From Longimicrobiales bacterium (GTDB taxonomy: Bacteria > Gemmatimonadota > Gemmatimonadetes > Longimicrobiales > Gaopeijiaceae), in assembly GCA_045561015.1 (NCBI GenBank), contig JBJKYO010000055.1, forward strand, positions 1,131-65,130: a stretch of DNA of 64,000 nucleotides, read 5' to 3'. The number at the start of each line of letters is the position of its first letter. Positions within the stretch are counted from its first letter, which is position 1. Shown here in pieces: positions 1 to 10,763 of this stretch. Below the pieces are notes generated by a model. It was not told the DNA's origin and did not search any database. It saw only the letters and a program-made list of their open reading frames with translations. The translations under genes and the position numbers were made by a program.

Positions 1-1517
1 AATGCTCTGGCTAAAATCCACCCAGGCAGTATCACCCTCCCCCCAATGTCCATGATTGGAATTCCCTCTGGAAGGCTTTCCAATGTCCCTATCTCTTTGA
101 AATCCCCTTTTTCAACTAAGATTGTTGCGTTTCTTAACTCTCCATCACCGACGGTAAAGAGGTGAGCATTCGTTATTGCGAATGTACTGTCGTGACTGGT
201 TAAATCGCCTTTAATTGTCTGAAATGGTCCGACGGAGCGTGGTCGGTCGGTCTGCAATTCTGTTTCTCTCTCATACTCAAGAACTCCGTCCACGATAACA
301 CGCTCTATGCGATCCGCCGTCAGGTCCAAAAAATGCCCATCTAGCAAGACCAGGTCAGCATCTTTCCCCTCTTCTATGCTACCGACTCGATCCTCCAACA
401 TCATAGCTTTAGCACCATTGATCGTCATAACCTCCAATGCCTGCATGTCAGTCAAACCATGTCTGGCGAGGAAAGCACCATACTCTCGGAAATCCTTGAA
501 ATGTTGGTTTGACATATCTGTCTGAATACTTGCTGAAACGCCTGCATCCAAGAGGTCTTTCAGAAGATTTCGGGGTTTATCGTCCCCAAAATATTGGACA
601 ATCATCATCGGACCAATAACTGGTACGATTTTTGTCTCTTTAATTAGATCAATGATAGGAAACACTTCCTCTGCATGCCCCAAAGCCAAACGATCGATGA
701 AGCCATATTTTCTAGCCAGCCGCATCACCATCATAATTTCACTGGGATAATGTGAGTGTGCATGCACCATCACTTCTCCACGGATCACAGCAGCAAAAGC
801 TTCAAGGCGTTCATCCACTTCTGGAGGCTCTGTAAGTTCCCCTAATTCATACTTGTCTTGCTCCCCTATGTAGATACTAGCACGTCTAAAATATTCATCT
901 GCAGTCGCATACCAACCCATCACTGTCTGTGGTGTCTCTCCAGGCCGCAAATTGATCAAGGGTCGCACTGCCATCTTCAAATCTACATAGGGTTTGAAAA
1001 TCATTTCATCACTGGGAACACTTTTCATTTTCAAAGCGACTGACTGACCGCTACTTATAATTCCACTTCCAGAACGAGTAATCACTGAAGTGACTCCTCC
1101 GGAAAGCGCTACTTGAATCATTGGGTCTTCCAGGTTCAAGTTTTCGACGGCTTTCCATTCTGCAGTCACAGGACCAGGTATGGACCTTCTTCCTGATCTA
1201 TCCAATGCAATATGAGAGTGCGCATCTATCATCCCAGGTATCACAACTTGCGCCTCATACTCCTTGAAATTGGACGGACGACTTACCGACTTGCCAATTT
1301 CAATGATCTTTCCGTTGCGAACTAAGATCTCGCCTTCCAGTATTGTCCCGTTGGTAACCGTATGAATCTTTGCAGCCCTGATTACAATCGCTTCCTGGTG
1401 CTGGGCACCCTGCAAAACCGCCACCGCTCCGAACGCATGTAGAGCTAAAAAGGCCACTAGCGGTGCACTCAGCACGGCTGAGTCCATTAGCCTCAACTTT
1501 CTCAGCATAACCCTCAT
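1..1517 (-). CDS. COG1228-type amidohydrolase, two-module, exported; 3' end runs off the window
   Basis: Missing from the ORF track because it has no in-window stop. My manual translation from ATG 1517..1515 gives MRVMLRKLRLMDSAVLSAPLVAFLALHAFG (signal), then IVIRAAKIHTVTNGTILEGEILVRNGKIIEIGK and VIPGMIDAHSHIALD (HxH metal motif). The frame stays open to position 1. A second module (FAITNAHLFTVGDG..ILVEKGDFKEIG..ILPGW) begins near position 190. It lies 24 nt downstream of the metalloprotease gene on the same strand. Confidence 0.85.
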   Translation of the reverse strand, partial: MRVMLRKLRLMDSAVLSAPLVAFLALHAFGAVAVLQGAQHQEAIVIRAAKIHTVTNGTILEGEILVRNGKIIEIGKSVSRPSNFKEYEAQVVIPGMIDAHSHIALDRSGRRSIPGPVTAEWKAVENLNLEDPMIQVALSGGVTSVITRSGSGIISSGQSVALKMKSVPSDEMIFKPYVDLKMAVRPLINLRPGETPQTVMGWYATADEYFRRASIYIGEQDKYELGELTEPPEVDERLEAFAAVIRGEVMVHAHSHYPSEIMMVMRLARKYGFIDRLALGHAEEVFPIIDLIKETKIVPVIGPMMIVQYFGDDKPRNLLKDLLDAGVSASIQTDMSNQHFKDFREYGAFLARHGLTDMQALEVMTINGAKAMMLEDRVGSIEEGKDADLVLLDGHFLDLTADRIERVIVDGVLEYERETELQTDRPRSVGPFQTIKGDLTSHDSTFAITNAHLFTVGDGELRNATILVEKGDFKEIGTLESLPEGIPIMDIGGRVILPGWILARA

Positions 1518-1541
1518 ATTCCTTCCAGTTTAGAAAATTAT

Positions 1542-4121
1542 TTAATGCCAATGCCCACCAAAGGGCTGACCTCGCAGCCAATCTTGTTCAAGCCAGGTGT
1601 ACCAAAGCTCTGATCGCTGTATCCAATCCATTGCAGGTTGCCCTATGGGAGCCCCAGGTGGCGGTGAAACTTGATTGATTTCTCGGAAGTTCTCCGCCGG
1701 CCTATTTAGAAAGCGTTTAATATCTCTTACTAGGAATCCAGCTAAGCTTCCTTCTTGTTGCTCGTACGAACCCATTCCTTCACTTACCATCTCTAACGTC
1801 GATGAGGCTATTCCTCTTACTTCCATCATCGGAGAGTTGACCGCTAGCCACTTTACTCTGTCCACTACAACACCCACTACGGCTCTTTTCACTGACATGT
1901 CATATGGACTGTCCGTTTCTGCACCTAGCGTAGCATCGAACAATCTTGAAAGGACATCACGCAGACCAGGTAGATTGGGATCCAAGGCTTTCTGCTCTAC
2001 TAAACGAGCCGCTCTGCTTTGTTCTAAAAGAAAATTGACTGTATGACTTGCAGCTACCACAGCTGGAGTTACCGCGTCGAATGCCGAACCAGTATACCTA
2101 GGAAACATTTCCCGATGCGGACCATATCCTGGGGGCCTCGGTGGTATCAAACTTAAAATGTGGTCGGGTATTTTCAATTCTGATAATTCCAAAGTCCTCA
2201 TCAATGCGTCTATAGCTGCATTTTGAGCTTGAGCCGAGACTCTCTGAAACGGTTGGAGCCCATCCCCTCTCATTGCATAGGTATATTCCACACCACCAAC
2301 AGCCGAAGCAGTCGATTCTACCTGGAAACGGTGATGCAGATAAAGCGGAACTAACGTCTCTTCGATCGTGGCCATTGGAGCGCCTGACTGAATCGCCTTT
2401 TCTCCAAATCGTCTCATCGCAGCAGCTCTCACATCCATCATCCTATTGAGTTCAACCCCAACGTCATTTCCATTTGCCCATTGGTCCGCTTGTGGAGTAG
2501 TTGCGATATCCTGATTCGACATGTAAAGAATGTCGTCTCCCCGTGCCACTTCTAACATTCTGTTCAATTCTTCTGTCTCATTTGTACCAGCTGGAAATTC
2601 TCGATAACCGTAATTCACAGCGACCTTATCCCATTCCCCAATATCCACATCATAGACTTCGGAGTAATCCAGTGACCCATCACTATTCAGATTCACCAGA
2701 TGATGTGGGTAATCCATTACAGAGATGCGTCCTGCCCCACTGTTGTAATAATTATGGCCCAAACCAATAGTGTGGCCTACTTCATGTGCTGAGAGCTGAC
2801 GAATCCGTGCTAAAGACCATTCTGCTAATTCAGGCGGTGTTTCATCCCCATTTTCATAAGGTGACAACAATCCCTCAGCAATCATATAGTCCTGGCGAAT
2901 CCTTAGAGAACCTAGCGTAACCACACCCTTAACAATCTCTCCAGTCCTTGGATCTGTTACCGATCCTCCAGTACTCCATCCCCTGGTAGACCTATGGACC
3001 CAATTAATCACGTTATAACGAGCGTCAAGTGAACTAATACTATCTGGTCTCATTTCAACTTGAAAAGCATCGATATATCCAGCGGCTTCAAAAGCCTGGT
3101 TCCACCATCTGGCACCATCCAAAAGAGCAGACCTTATCGGTTCCGGAGTCCCAGGGTCCAAATAATAAACTATGGGCTCGACAGCTTCACTCATTCGGGC
3201 CGACGGATTCCTCTTTTCCAGACGGTGACGTCTTATAAAACGCTGAGTCATAGGCTCCCCTAAAGGTACAGCGTAGTCCTGATAGGTCACTGCCCCATAA
3301 CCAGCTTGAGGGTCGAAGGCTCTTGGAACATAATTGTCATCTGGAACTTGTACGAAAGAATGGTGCATTCGAATGCTTGCTGCTTCACCTGTTGCCGCTA
3401 CACTACCCACTCCTTCGAAATTAGGGTTGCCACCTCCGAAGCCTCTTCTTCCCCCACCTCCACTGCCAGGTTGCTGGACAAACGTTAACTCTGCCTCCAT
3501 CTCCGTATTAGTCGGAAATGAATTCGTCATTTCCATATATATCGAACTTCTATCCGTATCCAGTCGATAAGTTCCAGGCTGCATTCGCTGAGCGGCATTT
3601 ATAGCATCCCTCAAAAGGAATTGGGTGGCGTTAACCAAAACCCTATCCCCTGTTTGTGCTTCTGCTGTGAAGCTCCACAATACTGATCGAGCAAAAGCGT
3701 CTCTTACTGCTTTCACTTCACTGAGATTATCCGTGATAGCCCTAAATTGGTAGTTAGGTTGCACCATCAAAATTTTCCGCCCTACCTTTTCAAACTTGAC
3801 CATCCTCGATCCTCGTAGGGCCCCTCGATCCAAACCAAGATCATTAGACCCCAAGCCAGCTCCATAACCCACATAGTGGATCATCTCTTGGTTCAACTCG
3901 GGCACCTCCATCCACAGTTCACCCATGTCTTCATCCCAATACAACGGCAGGAATCCATCCATCTTTTGCATGCCTTCTGTCATCTCATCGATGGAAGGTA
4001 AACTGCCAGTGTTCCTCTCCCCTTGAGCTTCAGATGCTACCAGAACAGAACTCGCTCCGAATATTTGCAACAACACTAGGGACATCGTCATAGCCATCAT
4101 CTTTAATTCTTTGCAAAACAT
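1542..4121 (-). CDS. secreted zinc metalloprotease (zincin; DUF4953/DUF5117-like architecture)
   Basis: 859-aa ORF with HEVGHTIGLGHNY (HExxHxxGxxH). N-terminus is hydrophobic (MTMSLVLLQIFGASSVLVASEAQ). Contains a Gly/Arg loop GSGGGGRRGFGGG encoded at 3429..3467. The true start may be one of the internal Met codons in MFCKELKMMAM. Confidence 0.85.
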   Translation of the reverse strand: MFCKELKMMAMTMSLVLLQIFGASSVLVASEAQGERNTGSLPSIDEMTEGMQKMDGFLPLYWDEDMGELWMEVPELNQEMIHYVGYGAGLGSNDLGLDRGALRGSRMVKFEKVGRKILMVQPNYQFRAITDNLSEVKAVRDAFARSVLWSFTAEAQTGDRVLVNATQFLLRDAINAAQRMQPGTYRLDTDRSSIYMEMTNSFPTNTEMEAELTFVQQPGSGGGGRRGFGGGNPNFEGVGSVAATGEAASIRMHHSFVQVPDDNYVPRAFDPQAGYGAVTYQDYAVPLGEPMTQRFIRRHRLEKRNPSARMSEAVEPIVYYLDPGTPEPIRSALLDGARWWNQAFEAAGYIDAFQVEMRPDSISSLDARYNVINWVHRSTRGWSTGGSVTDPRTGEIVKGVVTLGSLRIRQDYMIAEGLLSPYENGDETPPELAEWSLARIRQLSAHEVGHTIGLGHNYYNSGAGRISVMDYPHHLVNLNSDGSLDYSEVYDVDIGEWDKVAVNYGYREFPAGTNETEELNRMLEVARGDDILYMSNQDIATTPQADQWANGNDVGVELNRMMDVRAAAMRRFGEKAIQSGAPMATIEETLVPLYLHHRFQVESTASAVGGVEYTYAMRGDGLQPFQRVSAQAQNAAIDALMRTLELSELKIPDHILSLIPPRPPGYGPHREMFPRYTGSAFDAVTPAVVAASHTVNFLLEQSRAARLVEQKALDPNLPGLRDVLSRLFDATLGAETDSPYDMSVKRAVVGVVVDRVKWLAVNSPMMEVRGIASSTLEMVSEGMGSYEQQEGSLAGFLVRDIKRFLNRPAENFREINQVSPPPGAPIGQPAMDWIQRSELWYTWLEQDWLRGQPFGGHWH

Positions 4122-4363
4122 TGCTGGATCTCCTCGTCAAACAAGATATGGTTTTTATTTATCTGCTAAACACAACCTCAACCAACATGCACCAAAATTC
4201 ATCTTGATGCGAATCTCTACGCTGGACAGCCTACCTGATCGAGTGCAACCATAAGCAACTAATCTCAGGTGGGTTTTTATTTGCCCTATCGTAGAACAAA
4301 TCCCATCGTTATGCGATAAGCAATTTATATGTTAAGCCAATTATTGAACTAATGCTCTTATTT

Positions 4364-4370
4364 AAGGAGG
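4364..4370 (+). promoter_or_regulatory. Shine-Dalgarno AAGGAGG for the M20 gene
   Basis: AAGGAGG lies 8 nt upstream of ATG 4379. This shows the organism uses canonical SD sequences. Confidence 0.6.
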
Positions 4371-4378
4371 TTACCAGG

Positions 4379-6007
4379 ATGCAGTCATTTCTCATGCGAA
4401 TCTGTGTCGCAGCAACGATTTCTGCGACGATGATACCAGGATCAGCTTCAGCACAAAACCCTGATCCTCGTTTAGAAGATCTCAAGAACGAGGCCTTAAC
4501 CCTCGTAGAAGGCCGTGCGAAACAGGTTCAGGAAATAGTCGATCATCTCTTTAGTTTCGGCGAACTGGGAATGCAAGAGTTCGAGACCCAGAAATATCTG
4601 ACTGGAATCTTGGAGGAGGCAGGATTCGAGATTGAGCTGGGAGTCGCAGGAATGCCGAGTGCATGGACTGCTCGCTGGTCGAATGGAACAGGGAAGCCAG
4701 TAATCGCTCTAGGATCCGACGTTGATGGAATTCCACAGTCGAACCAAAAGCCTGGAGTTGCTTACCGAGAGGCTATTCTTGATATGGCACCCGGACACGG
4801 CGAGGGCCACAACTCAGGACAAGCTGTCAATATAGCTGCTGCTCTTTCCGTGAAAGATCTCATGGAACGAGAAAATATCGACGGAACCCTACTCATCTGG
4901 CCTGGTATTGCCGAAGAATTGGTGGTTGGCAAAGCATTTTTTGTACGAGAGGGAATCTTTGACGGTGTAGATGTCAATCTGTTTACCCATGTAAGTAACA
5001 ACTTTGGCATGTCCTGGGGACAACGAGGAGCCAACGCTCTGATGTCGGTTCAGTACCGGTTTACAGGAGAAACTGCACATTCAGCAGGATCACCTTGGAG
5101 AGGCCGATCCGCCTTAGATGCTGTCATGCTCATGGCGAACGCATGGGAATTCAAGAGAGAACATGTCCGTCCGTCACAGCGGTCCCACTATATCATCGTA
5201 GACGGTGGTGACCAACCCAATGTTGTGCCTCAAACCTCTACCATTTGGTTCTATTTTAGAGAAGTCAACTATGAGCGTACCAAGCAACTGTACGAAGATG
5301 CTAACCTCATGGCCCAAGGTGCAGCTCTGATGACAGGCACTGTAATCGACACCATCCAGACTGTCGGCTCAGCATGGAGTCAACACATGAGTAAGCCAGT
5401 GGCCGAAACTACCTACGCCAATATACAAAGGGTTGGACTCCCTGAGTGGTCTGATGAGGATATCTTGATGGCAACGGAGTTCCAAAAGGAATTGGGGCAA
5501 CCAGAATTTGGTTTACCCACCGTAATCGGTGAGCTAGCTGGACCGGTCAACCTAGCTTTATCACTAGGGAGCGGTTCAGACGATATCGGAGACATCTCCT
5601 GGAATATGCCCACGGTCACTCTTCGATTCCCAGCCAATATGCCTGGGGGCCCGGGACACAATTGGGCCAACGGAATCGCTATGGCTACACCTGTCGCTCA
5701 TAAAGGAAGTCTCGCCGGTGCCAAAGTTCAGGCATTGACGCTACTCGATCTCCTGCTTGACGGAAAAACGGTTGGTGCAGCCTGGGATTACTTCAATGAT
5801 GTTCAAACCTTGGAACAAGAATATATTCCATTTATTACTCCTGACGATAAGCCAGCCACCTTCCTGAACGCAGAACTGATGGAAAAATGGAGGCCATTGA
5901 TGAAACCCTACTACTACGATGCTAGTAGGTTCGATACCTACTTGGAACAACTCGGAATCGATTATCCCACCGTCAGAAGTAGGCCGATCTCAGAAGATAA
6001 AAGGTAA
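4379..6007 (+). CDS. exported M20-family metallohydrolase, AbgB (p-aminobenzoyl-glutamate hydrolase B)-like
   Basis: The ORF track starts at 4352, but ATG 4379 has a strong SD and yields MQSFLMRICVAATISATMIPGSASAQ (signal). The motif APGHGEGHNSGQ resembles the AbgB/M20 GHGCGHN metal site as I recall it. Confidence 0.8.
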   Translation: MQSFLMRICVAATISATMIPGSASAQNPDPRLEDLKNEALTLVEGRAKQVQEIVDHLFSFGELGMQEFETQKYLTGILEEAGFEIELGVAGMPSAWTARWSNGTGKPVIALGSDVDGIPQSNQKPGVAYREAILDMAPGHGEGHNSGQAVNIAAALSVKDLMERENIDGTLLIWPGIAEELVVGKAFFVREGIFDGVDVNLFTHVSNNFGMSWGQRGANALMSVQYRFTGETAHSAGSPWRGRSALDAVMLMANAWEFKREHVRPSQRSHYIIVDGGDQPNVVPQTSTIWFYFREVNYERTKQLYEDANLMAQGAALMTGTVIDTIQTVGSAWSQHMSKPVAETTYANIQRVGLPEWSDEDILMATEFQKELGQPEFGLPTVIGELAGPVNLALSLGSGSDDIGDISWNMPTVTLRFPANMPGGPGHNWANGIAMATPVAHKGSLAGAKVQALTLLDLLLDGKTVGAAWDYFNDVQTLEQEYIPFITPDDKPATFLNAELMEKWRPLMKPYYYDASRFDTYLEQLGIDYPTVRSRPISEDKR

Positions 6008-6016
6008 GAATGTTTG

Positions 6017-6057
6017 TGAGAGTTCGGGGATGGCCTATGTAAGTCCCCGAACTCTCA
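6017..6057. terminator. bidirectional hairpin between convergent genes
   Basis: Perfect 14-bp inverted repeat: tgagagttcgggga (6017..6030) pairs with tccccgaactctca (6044..6057), with a 13-nt loop. It sits between the + M20 gene and the - Smr-like gene. No clear U-tract. Confidence 0.65.
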
Positions 6058-6080
6058 GTGACAAAGACTCTGGTTGTTGC

Positions 6081-6335
6081 CTAAAGTTTTCTCACTACTA
6101 TCAGCCCATACCGCTCTTTCCCTACCTCTCTACAGTCTATCCTACCAAGGACTTCATCTACCAATTCGATCATGCGCCGACTATTTCCACAAATGATAGT
6201 CAATGGACATTCTTCCTGGTAACGATAAACGAAATTCTCTACTAATAGATCAACTTCATGATGCCTGACACCATGGAGATCCAAAAAGATCCCAGGCTGA
6301 TGTTTCTTGCGTGTCACCCTTGAGTCTTTAGACAT
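6081..6335 (-). CDS. small Smr-domain-like protein
   Basis: 84 aa with an LDLHG motif near the N-terminus, IICGNS in place of the usual IIHGKG, and a C-terminal YGLIVVRKL. Downstream of the rRNA methyltransferase gene on the same strand. Confidence 0.4.
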   Translation of the reverse strand: MSKDSRVTRKKHQPGIFLDLHGVRHHEVDLLVENFVYRYQEECPLTIICGNSRRMIELVDEVLGRIDCREVGKERYGLIVVRKL

Positions 6336-6383
6336 TTCACACTCGACTATAGTCGCTCCAAAACGTTAATTTAATTCTTGTTC

Positions 6384-7844
6384 TCATGAGTCACTTGGTG
6401 TGAAAACCTTTTTCAACCAGCGACGACGGACACCTGGAATTTCGCCTTTCAGATTGCCCTTTTGGATCAAACCACGACCCAAAACATGGTTCTTCCATTT
6501 CAAAGGTATAAATCCGTAATCATTCACAGAGACCGAAATGCTTTCCTCATTTAACAACCCATCCCATTCTTCCTTAGAGGGGCTATATGCAATCGATGAG
6601 ATACCCCTCTCCAAAAATCGCAATATGTCATTGGTAGGTCTCATTTCGTCACGAAACACTGGTGCCATAGCCCTTAAACCGACCGATAAGACTCTGCAAT
6701 GTTTGCTCTCAAACCAATCATCGCTAGGCCATTGGTCACAACCATGCAACCAAAGATCCTTTCCCCTCAATAACCAATTAAAATCAGAATCTAAATCGAC
6801 TTGGCCGTTTACATACCTAAGCATTCTTTCGATCCCAGTAGCTATAACCTCTTTAACCTCGACTCCAGCCTTCTTTTCTGAAGGAAATTGAACAGCGGAA
6901 TCCTGCCATCCTGACGACTTGTGTAAACATGCGGGATCGACTCGTTCCTCTTGATGGCGCAAGCGGGCCACAAAGAACCCTCCAGAATCAAGATGGTGTG
7001 GATATATTCTACATGTTTTCTCCAAACTTTCGTCGAATACCTTCCCTTCAAAATGAGTCAACCCAGGAGAATGTGGTATCTGTAAGCCGCACTCCTCCAG
7101 GCATACTGGCATATCCTTCAAAACAGCATCAATGACCCCTTCATTTTCCTCTGGAGCAAAAGTGCACGTCGAATAAACCACAACTCCACCAGGACGCGTC
7201 AAACCGATAGCTTTTCTTAACAAAGCTTCCTGACGCTTAGGCACCGATTGGCGAAATTTTTTGGATTCTTTTATTCGCCTGTTGCTCTTACGCCTTGATG
7301 TTCCTTCTGCAGAGCACGGTGCATCCACTATAACTCTGTCAAAAAGAGATGTCTCCGGCAATCTAAGTCCATCCCCAGAAACCACCATAACGTTGGAATG
7401 AACTAAACGATAAATATTAGCCATCAAAGCTTGTAATCGACCCTCATTACGATCGACTGCTACCAGACAACCCGTACCTTCCATTAAATCAGCAATCTGT
7501 GTGGTTTTACCTCCCGGAGCGGCACAAAGATCTAGAATTTTTTCTCCAGGTTTAGGTCGTAAAGCCAGGGCGGCTATTCCTGTAGAAACCTGCTGCACAT
7601 AAAAAAGGCCAAGCCAATGTTCTATCGTGTCTGCAATGTTAAATGGACCTTCGAGTACTCTGATAAAACTGTCGATCCCCTTTACCGCTTCCACTGAAAA
7701 ACCCTGATCTTCTAGCCGATCCATCAATTGTGCAGATGAAATCCTGCCTGTCCTGGCCCTTATGGTAGTAGGATCCCTCCCTTGAATGGAATCCTGAAAG
7801 GATTTCCAGTCGGGAATTATCTTGCGATACCGATCAAATGACAT
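6384..7844 (-). CDS. RsmB/RsmF (NOL1/NOP2/Sun) family RNA cytosine-C5 methyltransferase
   Basis: SAM motif DLCAAPGGKT, and catalytic-Cys motifs DAPCSAEGT and YSTCT. The long C-terminal extension resembles RsmF-type proteins. Confidence 0.85.
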   Translation of the reverse strand: MSFDRYRKIIPDWKSFQDSIQGRDPTTIRARTGRISSAQLMDRLEDQGFSVEAVKGIDSFIRVLEGPFNIADTIEHWLGLFYVQQVSTGIAALALRPKPGEKILDLCAAPGGKTTQIADLMEGTGCLVAVDRNEGRLQALMANIYRLVHSNVMVVSGDGLRLPETSLFDRVIVDAPCSAEGTSRRKSNRRIKESKKFRQSVPKRQEALLRKAIGLTRPGGVVVYSTCTFAPEENEGVIDAVLKDMPVCLEECGLQIPHSPGLTHFEGKVFDESLEKTCRIYPHHLDSGGFFVARLRHQEERVDPACLHKSSGWQDSAVQFPSEKKAGVEVKEVIATGIERMLRYVNGQVDLDSDFNWLLRGKDLWLHGCDQWPSDDWFESKHCRVLSVGLRAMAPVFRDEMRPTNDILRFLERGISSIAYSPSKEEWDGLLNEESISVSVNDYGFIPLKWKNHVLGRGLIQKGNLKGEIPGVRRRWLKKVFTPSDS

Positions 7845-7856
7845 TTCTAACCACGA

Positions 7857-8465
7857 TCAACGGTTCTTAGCTTCCCTAACTTGTGGTCGCCATCTGCCGC
7901 GACTACTCCGAATGCGATAAATCATCAAAACTGTGATCAACATTGCTGCCAAGGTAGGCCAATATGTGTCTGCTTTCACCTGCCAATAGAAATGAACTAC
8001 ACCCATGATCGTCGCTACATAAGCCAACCTATGAAGTTTCTTCCAGCGCTTACCCAAACGGCGAATCCAGCCCTTAGTGGAAGTGATCGCAAGCGGAATC
8101 AATAAGATCCACGCAGTGAATCCGATGGAAATGTAAGGTCTCTCCAAAACATCTTCTATGATGAACTCAAAATCTAAAGTCTGGTCCAACACAGCATAAG
8201 TTAAGAAATGCATTGTCAAGTAAAAAAATCCAAAGAGGCCCAAAGGACGACGAATTTTTATGATCTCATTCCACCCTATAACCGCTCTTAAGGGAGTAAT
8301 CGCCAGTGTCACTAACAAAAATATGAGGGAAATATCCCCCAATCGGTGTAAAATTTCCTCTATCGGGTTGGCACCCAGCCGATCATCCAAAAATCTCCAG
8401 ACTAACCACACAGTCGGCATTAATCCTGCAAACCAAGTAACCGACCTGAGTACGATTAAACGCAA
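7857..8465 (-). CDS. msrQ: MsrQ (YedZ) haem-b membrane subunit of periplasmic methionine sulfoxide reductase
   Basis: The ORF track gives 7857..8573, but that start overlaps msrP by 62 nt. TTG at 8465 follows AAGGA with a 5-nt spacer and yields MRLIVLRSVTWFAGLMPTVWLVW. That resembles the E. coli MsrQ N-terminus (MRLTAKQVTW...LWLVW) as I recall it. The protein is polytopic with conserved His and lies directly downstream of msrP. Confidence 0.8.
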   Translation of the reverse strand: MRLIVLRSVTWFAGLMPTVWLVWRFLDDRLGANPIEEILHRLGDISLIFLLVTLAITPLRAVIGWNEIIKIRRPLGLFGFFYLTMHFLTYAVLDQTLDFEFIIEDVLERPYISIGFTAWILLIPLAITSTKGWIRRLGKRWKKLHRLAYVATIMGVVHFYWQVKADTYWPTLAAMLITVLMIYRIRSSRGRWRPQVREAKNR

Positions 8466-8511
8466 TCTTTTCCTTGATTGCGATTCCACAGTTGAATCAG
8501 ACACAGACTGA

Positions 8512-9456
8512 CTAGTAATGAGTTCGAAGATCCATACCAGAGTATAGGCTTGCAACTTCATCAGCGTATCCATTGAACATCAGGGTCCGTCTTCTTCTAA
8601 ACTCTCCTATGCGTCTCTCACGAGCTTGGCTCCAACGAGGATGGGGCACATCTGGATTAACATTAGCGTAGAACCCATACTCATGAGATGCCGAACGTTT
8701 CCAGGTATTCATGGGCATCTGCTCTAGGAATCGCATACTTACTATCGATTTAATGCCTTTAAATCCATACTTCCAGGGTACCACAAGCCTGATCGGCGCA
8801 CCATTTTGGTTAGGTAAAGTTTTACCGTAGACGCCAGTAATGAGCATGGTAAGGGGATGTTTAGCCTCATCCAAACGAAGCCCTTCTACATATGGCCACC
8901 TCAATACTCCATATCTTTGACCAGGCATTTGCTCCAAATCGTGAAGAGTTCTAAACTCCACAAAACGTGCACTTCCAGAAGGTTTTGCCTGATCAATTAC
9001 GTCCTTTAAAGAAAAACCTTGCCACGGAATGACCATCGACCAAGCCTCAACACATCGCATTCGATAAACCCTATCTTCGATATTCCCAGGTTTAATGAAA
9101 TCTTCCAGACCGTAAGTCCCTGGATTATCACAAAGACCACCCACTTCAATAGTCCATGGCCTAGGTCTCAAGGTGTGTGCATTTCTTACAGGATCTGACT
9201 TTCCAGTTCCAAATTCATAAAAATTGTTATACGACGTTACATCATCAAATGGAGTCAATTCTTCATCTAATTCCGAACGCACCTTGCTCCAATCCTTTTG
9301 GGAATTTTCCGGTCCGATTGATCCCCCAATACCAGATCCCATAGAAGCTCCTGCTACAACAGCTGCACTCTTACCTATGAACTCACGACGATTTACATAC
9401 ACGCCCTCTGGAGTCATCTCAGATGATGGAATTTTTCCCGACTTGCCTATCAGCAT
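8512..9456 (-). CDS. msrP: MsrP (YedY) molybdopterin catalytic subunit
   Basis: Twin-arginine signal ([19 protein letters not shown]). Contains the YedY-type motif [18 protein letters not shown]. About 314 aa, as expected. Confidence 0.9.
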   Translation of the reverse strand: MLIGKSGKIPSSEMTPEGVYVNRREFIGKSAAVVAGASMGSGIGGSIGPENSQKDWSKVRSELDEELTPFDDVTSYNNFYEFGTGKSDPVRNAHTLRPRPWTIEVGGLCDNPGTYGLEDFIKPGNIEDRVYRMRCVEAWSMVIPWQGFSLKDVIDQAKPSGSARFVEFRTLHDLEQMPGQRYGVLRWPYVEGLRLDEAKHPLTMLITGVYGKTLPNQNGAPIRLVVPWKYGFKGIKSIVSMRFLEQMPMNTWKRSASHEYGFYANVNPDVPHPRWSQARERRIGEFRRRRTLMFNGYADEVASLYSGMDLRTHY

Positions 9457-9542
9457 TATTGCCTCCGAAACAGAAATAGAACCATAAGAACAAGATAACC
9501 TTTCCCTGGTATAATTTCACTTCCAAGAATAGATCAAACAGG

Positions 9543-10637
9543 TCATCTGTTATCCGTCAGGGAAAATCTTGTTATTCGTCCCTGAGGACCAACTAGCCAG
9601 CCAGCCTCTGGGGAAGCGAAACCAACCGCCCAATAAGTCTCTCTGGTAATTGGGATCCAATTCATGCCCCCATCTAGTGACACATCGCCACCGTCAGGCC
9701 CAACTATGACTACCGTCGCAGTGGGCATACCAGGGACTATGGATGAACCATAGATAGGGCCTAAAATCTCCGGAGCCCCCGCAATCTTCCATGTTTCCCC
9801 ATGGTCTTCCGACAGAGCCACATTATCTGTAAGAACCGTATCGTTGCCAATCACACCACCCATTGCGAGCACACCCCCTTCTCCGATGACCGCCAACGAC
9901 GTCAGCCCCGCGGACGAACCGCTAACAACTGGAGTGACAGAACTATTCCAGGTTTCCCCTCTATCTTTGGTATACAAGACTCTAGCATTTTCACCATTTC
10001 CAGTAGCAACCCAACCTCTGGAATGACTATCTGTAGCTGCACACGTTCCGCTAGCCGCAAATCCGCCCTCTCCAACCTGGGCATCAGGCAATGCAGATTG
10101 TTCGATGCGATCCCATGAATCTCCCCCATCAATAGTTCGCAGAAGAAAAAGCTCTTCATCCACCGCATCGCCATAGGCAATTCCTACTTGCTCATCCCAA
10201 AAAGCCATGCAGTCCAAAAACCCTTCTGGATGGTCCATTACAAACTGAAGTGACCAAGAATCCCCTGAGTCACCAGTCCTATAGATCCTGGACAGGTCCC
10301 CTGTCCCTGCACTTAAGAGATAAGCGGTACTTCCACTAAAAGCTTCCACATCTCGAAACTCTAACATCTCCGCCCCAGGTAGTATCCGAGCCATCCAATT
10401 CAATCCACCATCCACAGTCAGCATATAAGTACCCTCATGCCCACTTGCCCAAACTGTGTCTTGGTTAACCACACTCACAGCCTGCAACAAAGCAGTAGTT
10501 TGACTCTGCTGAGCCAATGAAGTCACCCGCACCCTAGGATGATCGGGCATAAAACCTCTGGAATCCTGCTCACCGCAACTTTGAGTGCTTACCAGCAGGG
10601 TAACACTGGCCAGCCGAAATATGATTTTGTGAGTCAC
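9543..10637 (-). CDS. BNR/Asp-box beta-propeller lipoprotein (Ycf48/photosystem-II-assembly-factor-like fold)
   Basis: Lipobox-like LLVSTQSCG. Seven Asp-box-like motifs: DGGLNW, DSGDSW, DGGDSW, DRGETW, DHGETW, DGGMNW and others. Confidence 0.7.
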   Translation of the reverse strand: MTHKIIFRLASVTLLVSTQSCGEQDSRGFMPDHPRVRVTSLAQQSQTTALLQAVSVVNQDTVWASGHEGTYMLTVDGGLNWMARILPGAEMLEFRDVEAFSGSTAYLLSAGTGDLSRIYRTGDSGDSWSLQFVMDHPEGFLDCMAFWDEQVGIAYGDAVDEELFLLRTIDGGDSWDRIEQSALPDAQVGEGGFAASGTCAATDSHSRGWVATGNGENARVLYTKDRGETWNSSVTPVVSGSSAGLTSLAVIGEGGVLAMGGVIGNDTVLTDNVALSEDHGETWKIAGAPEILGPIYGSSIVPGMPTATVVIVGPDGGDVSLDGGMNWIPITRETYWAVGFASPEAGWLVGPQGRITRFSLTDNR

Positions 10638-10763
10638 TAGTCACTCCGAAGCAAAATTGACATTATTGTCATACAATAGGGTTAATCTTCTTTACAGTCA
10701 GGTGTATCTTTAGTGACAGCTCCATTATTTCACAAGAGAGAAACCCTAAAAGGCAACGACAGA

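Noticed and set aside
1300-1581. 93-aa minus-strand ORF from the track
   Set aside because: It overlaps, in another frame, the well-supported amidohydrolase start region and the end of the metalloprotease gene. No recognisable motifs.
8466-8573. N-terminal extension of the msrQ ORF as given in the track
   Set aside because: It would overlap msrP by 62 nt. An SD-preceded TTG at 8465 yields an N-terminus that matches MsrQ proteins.
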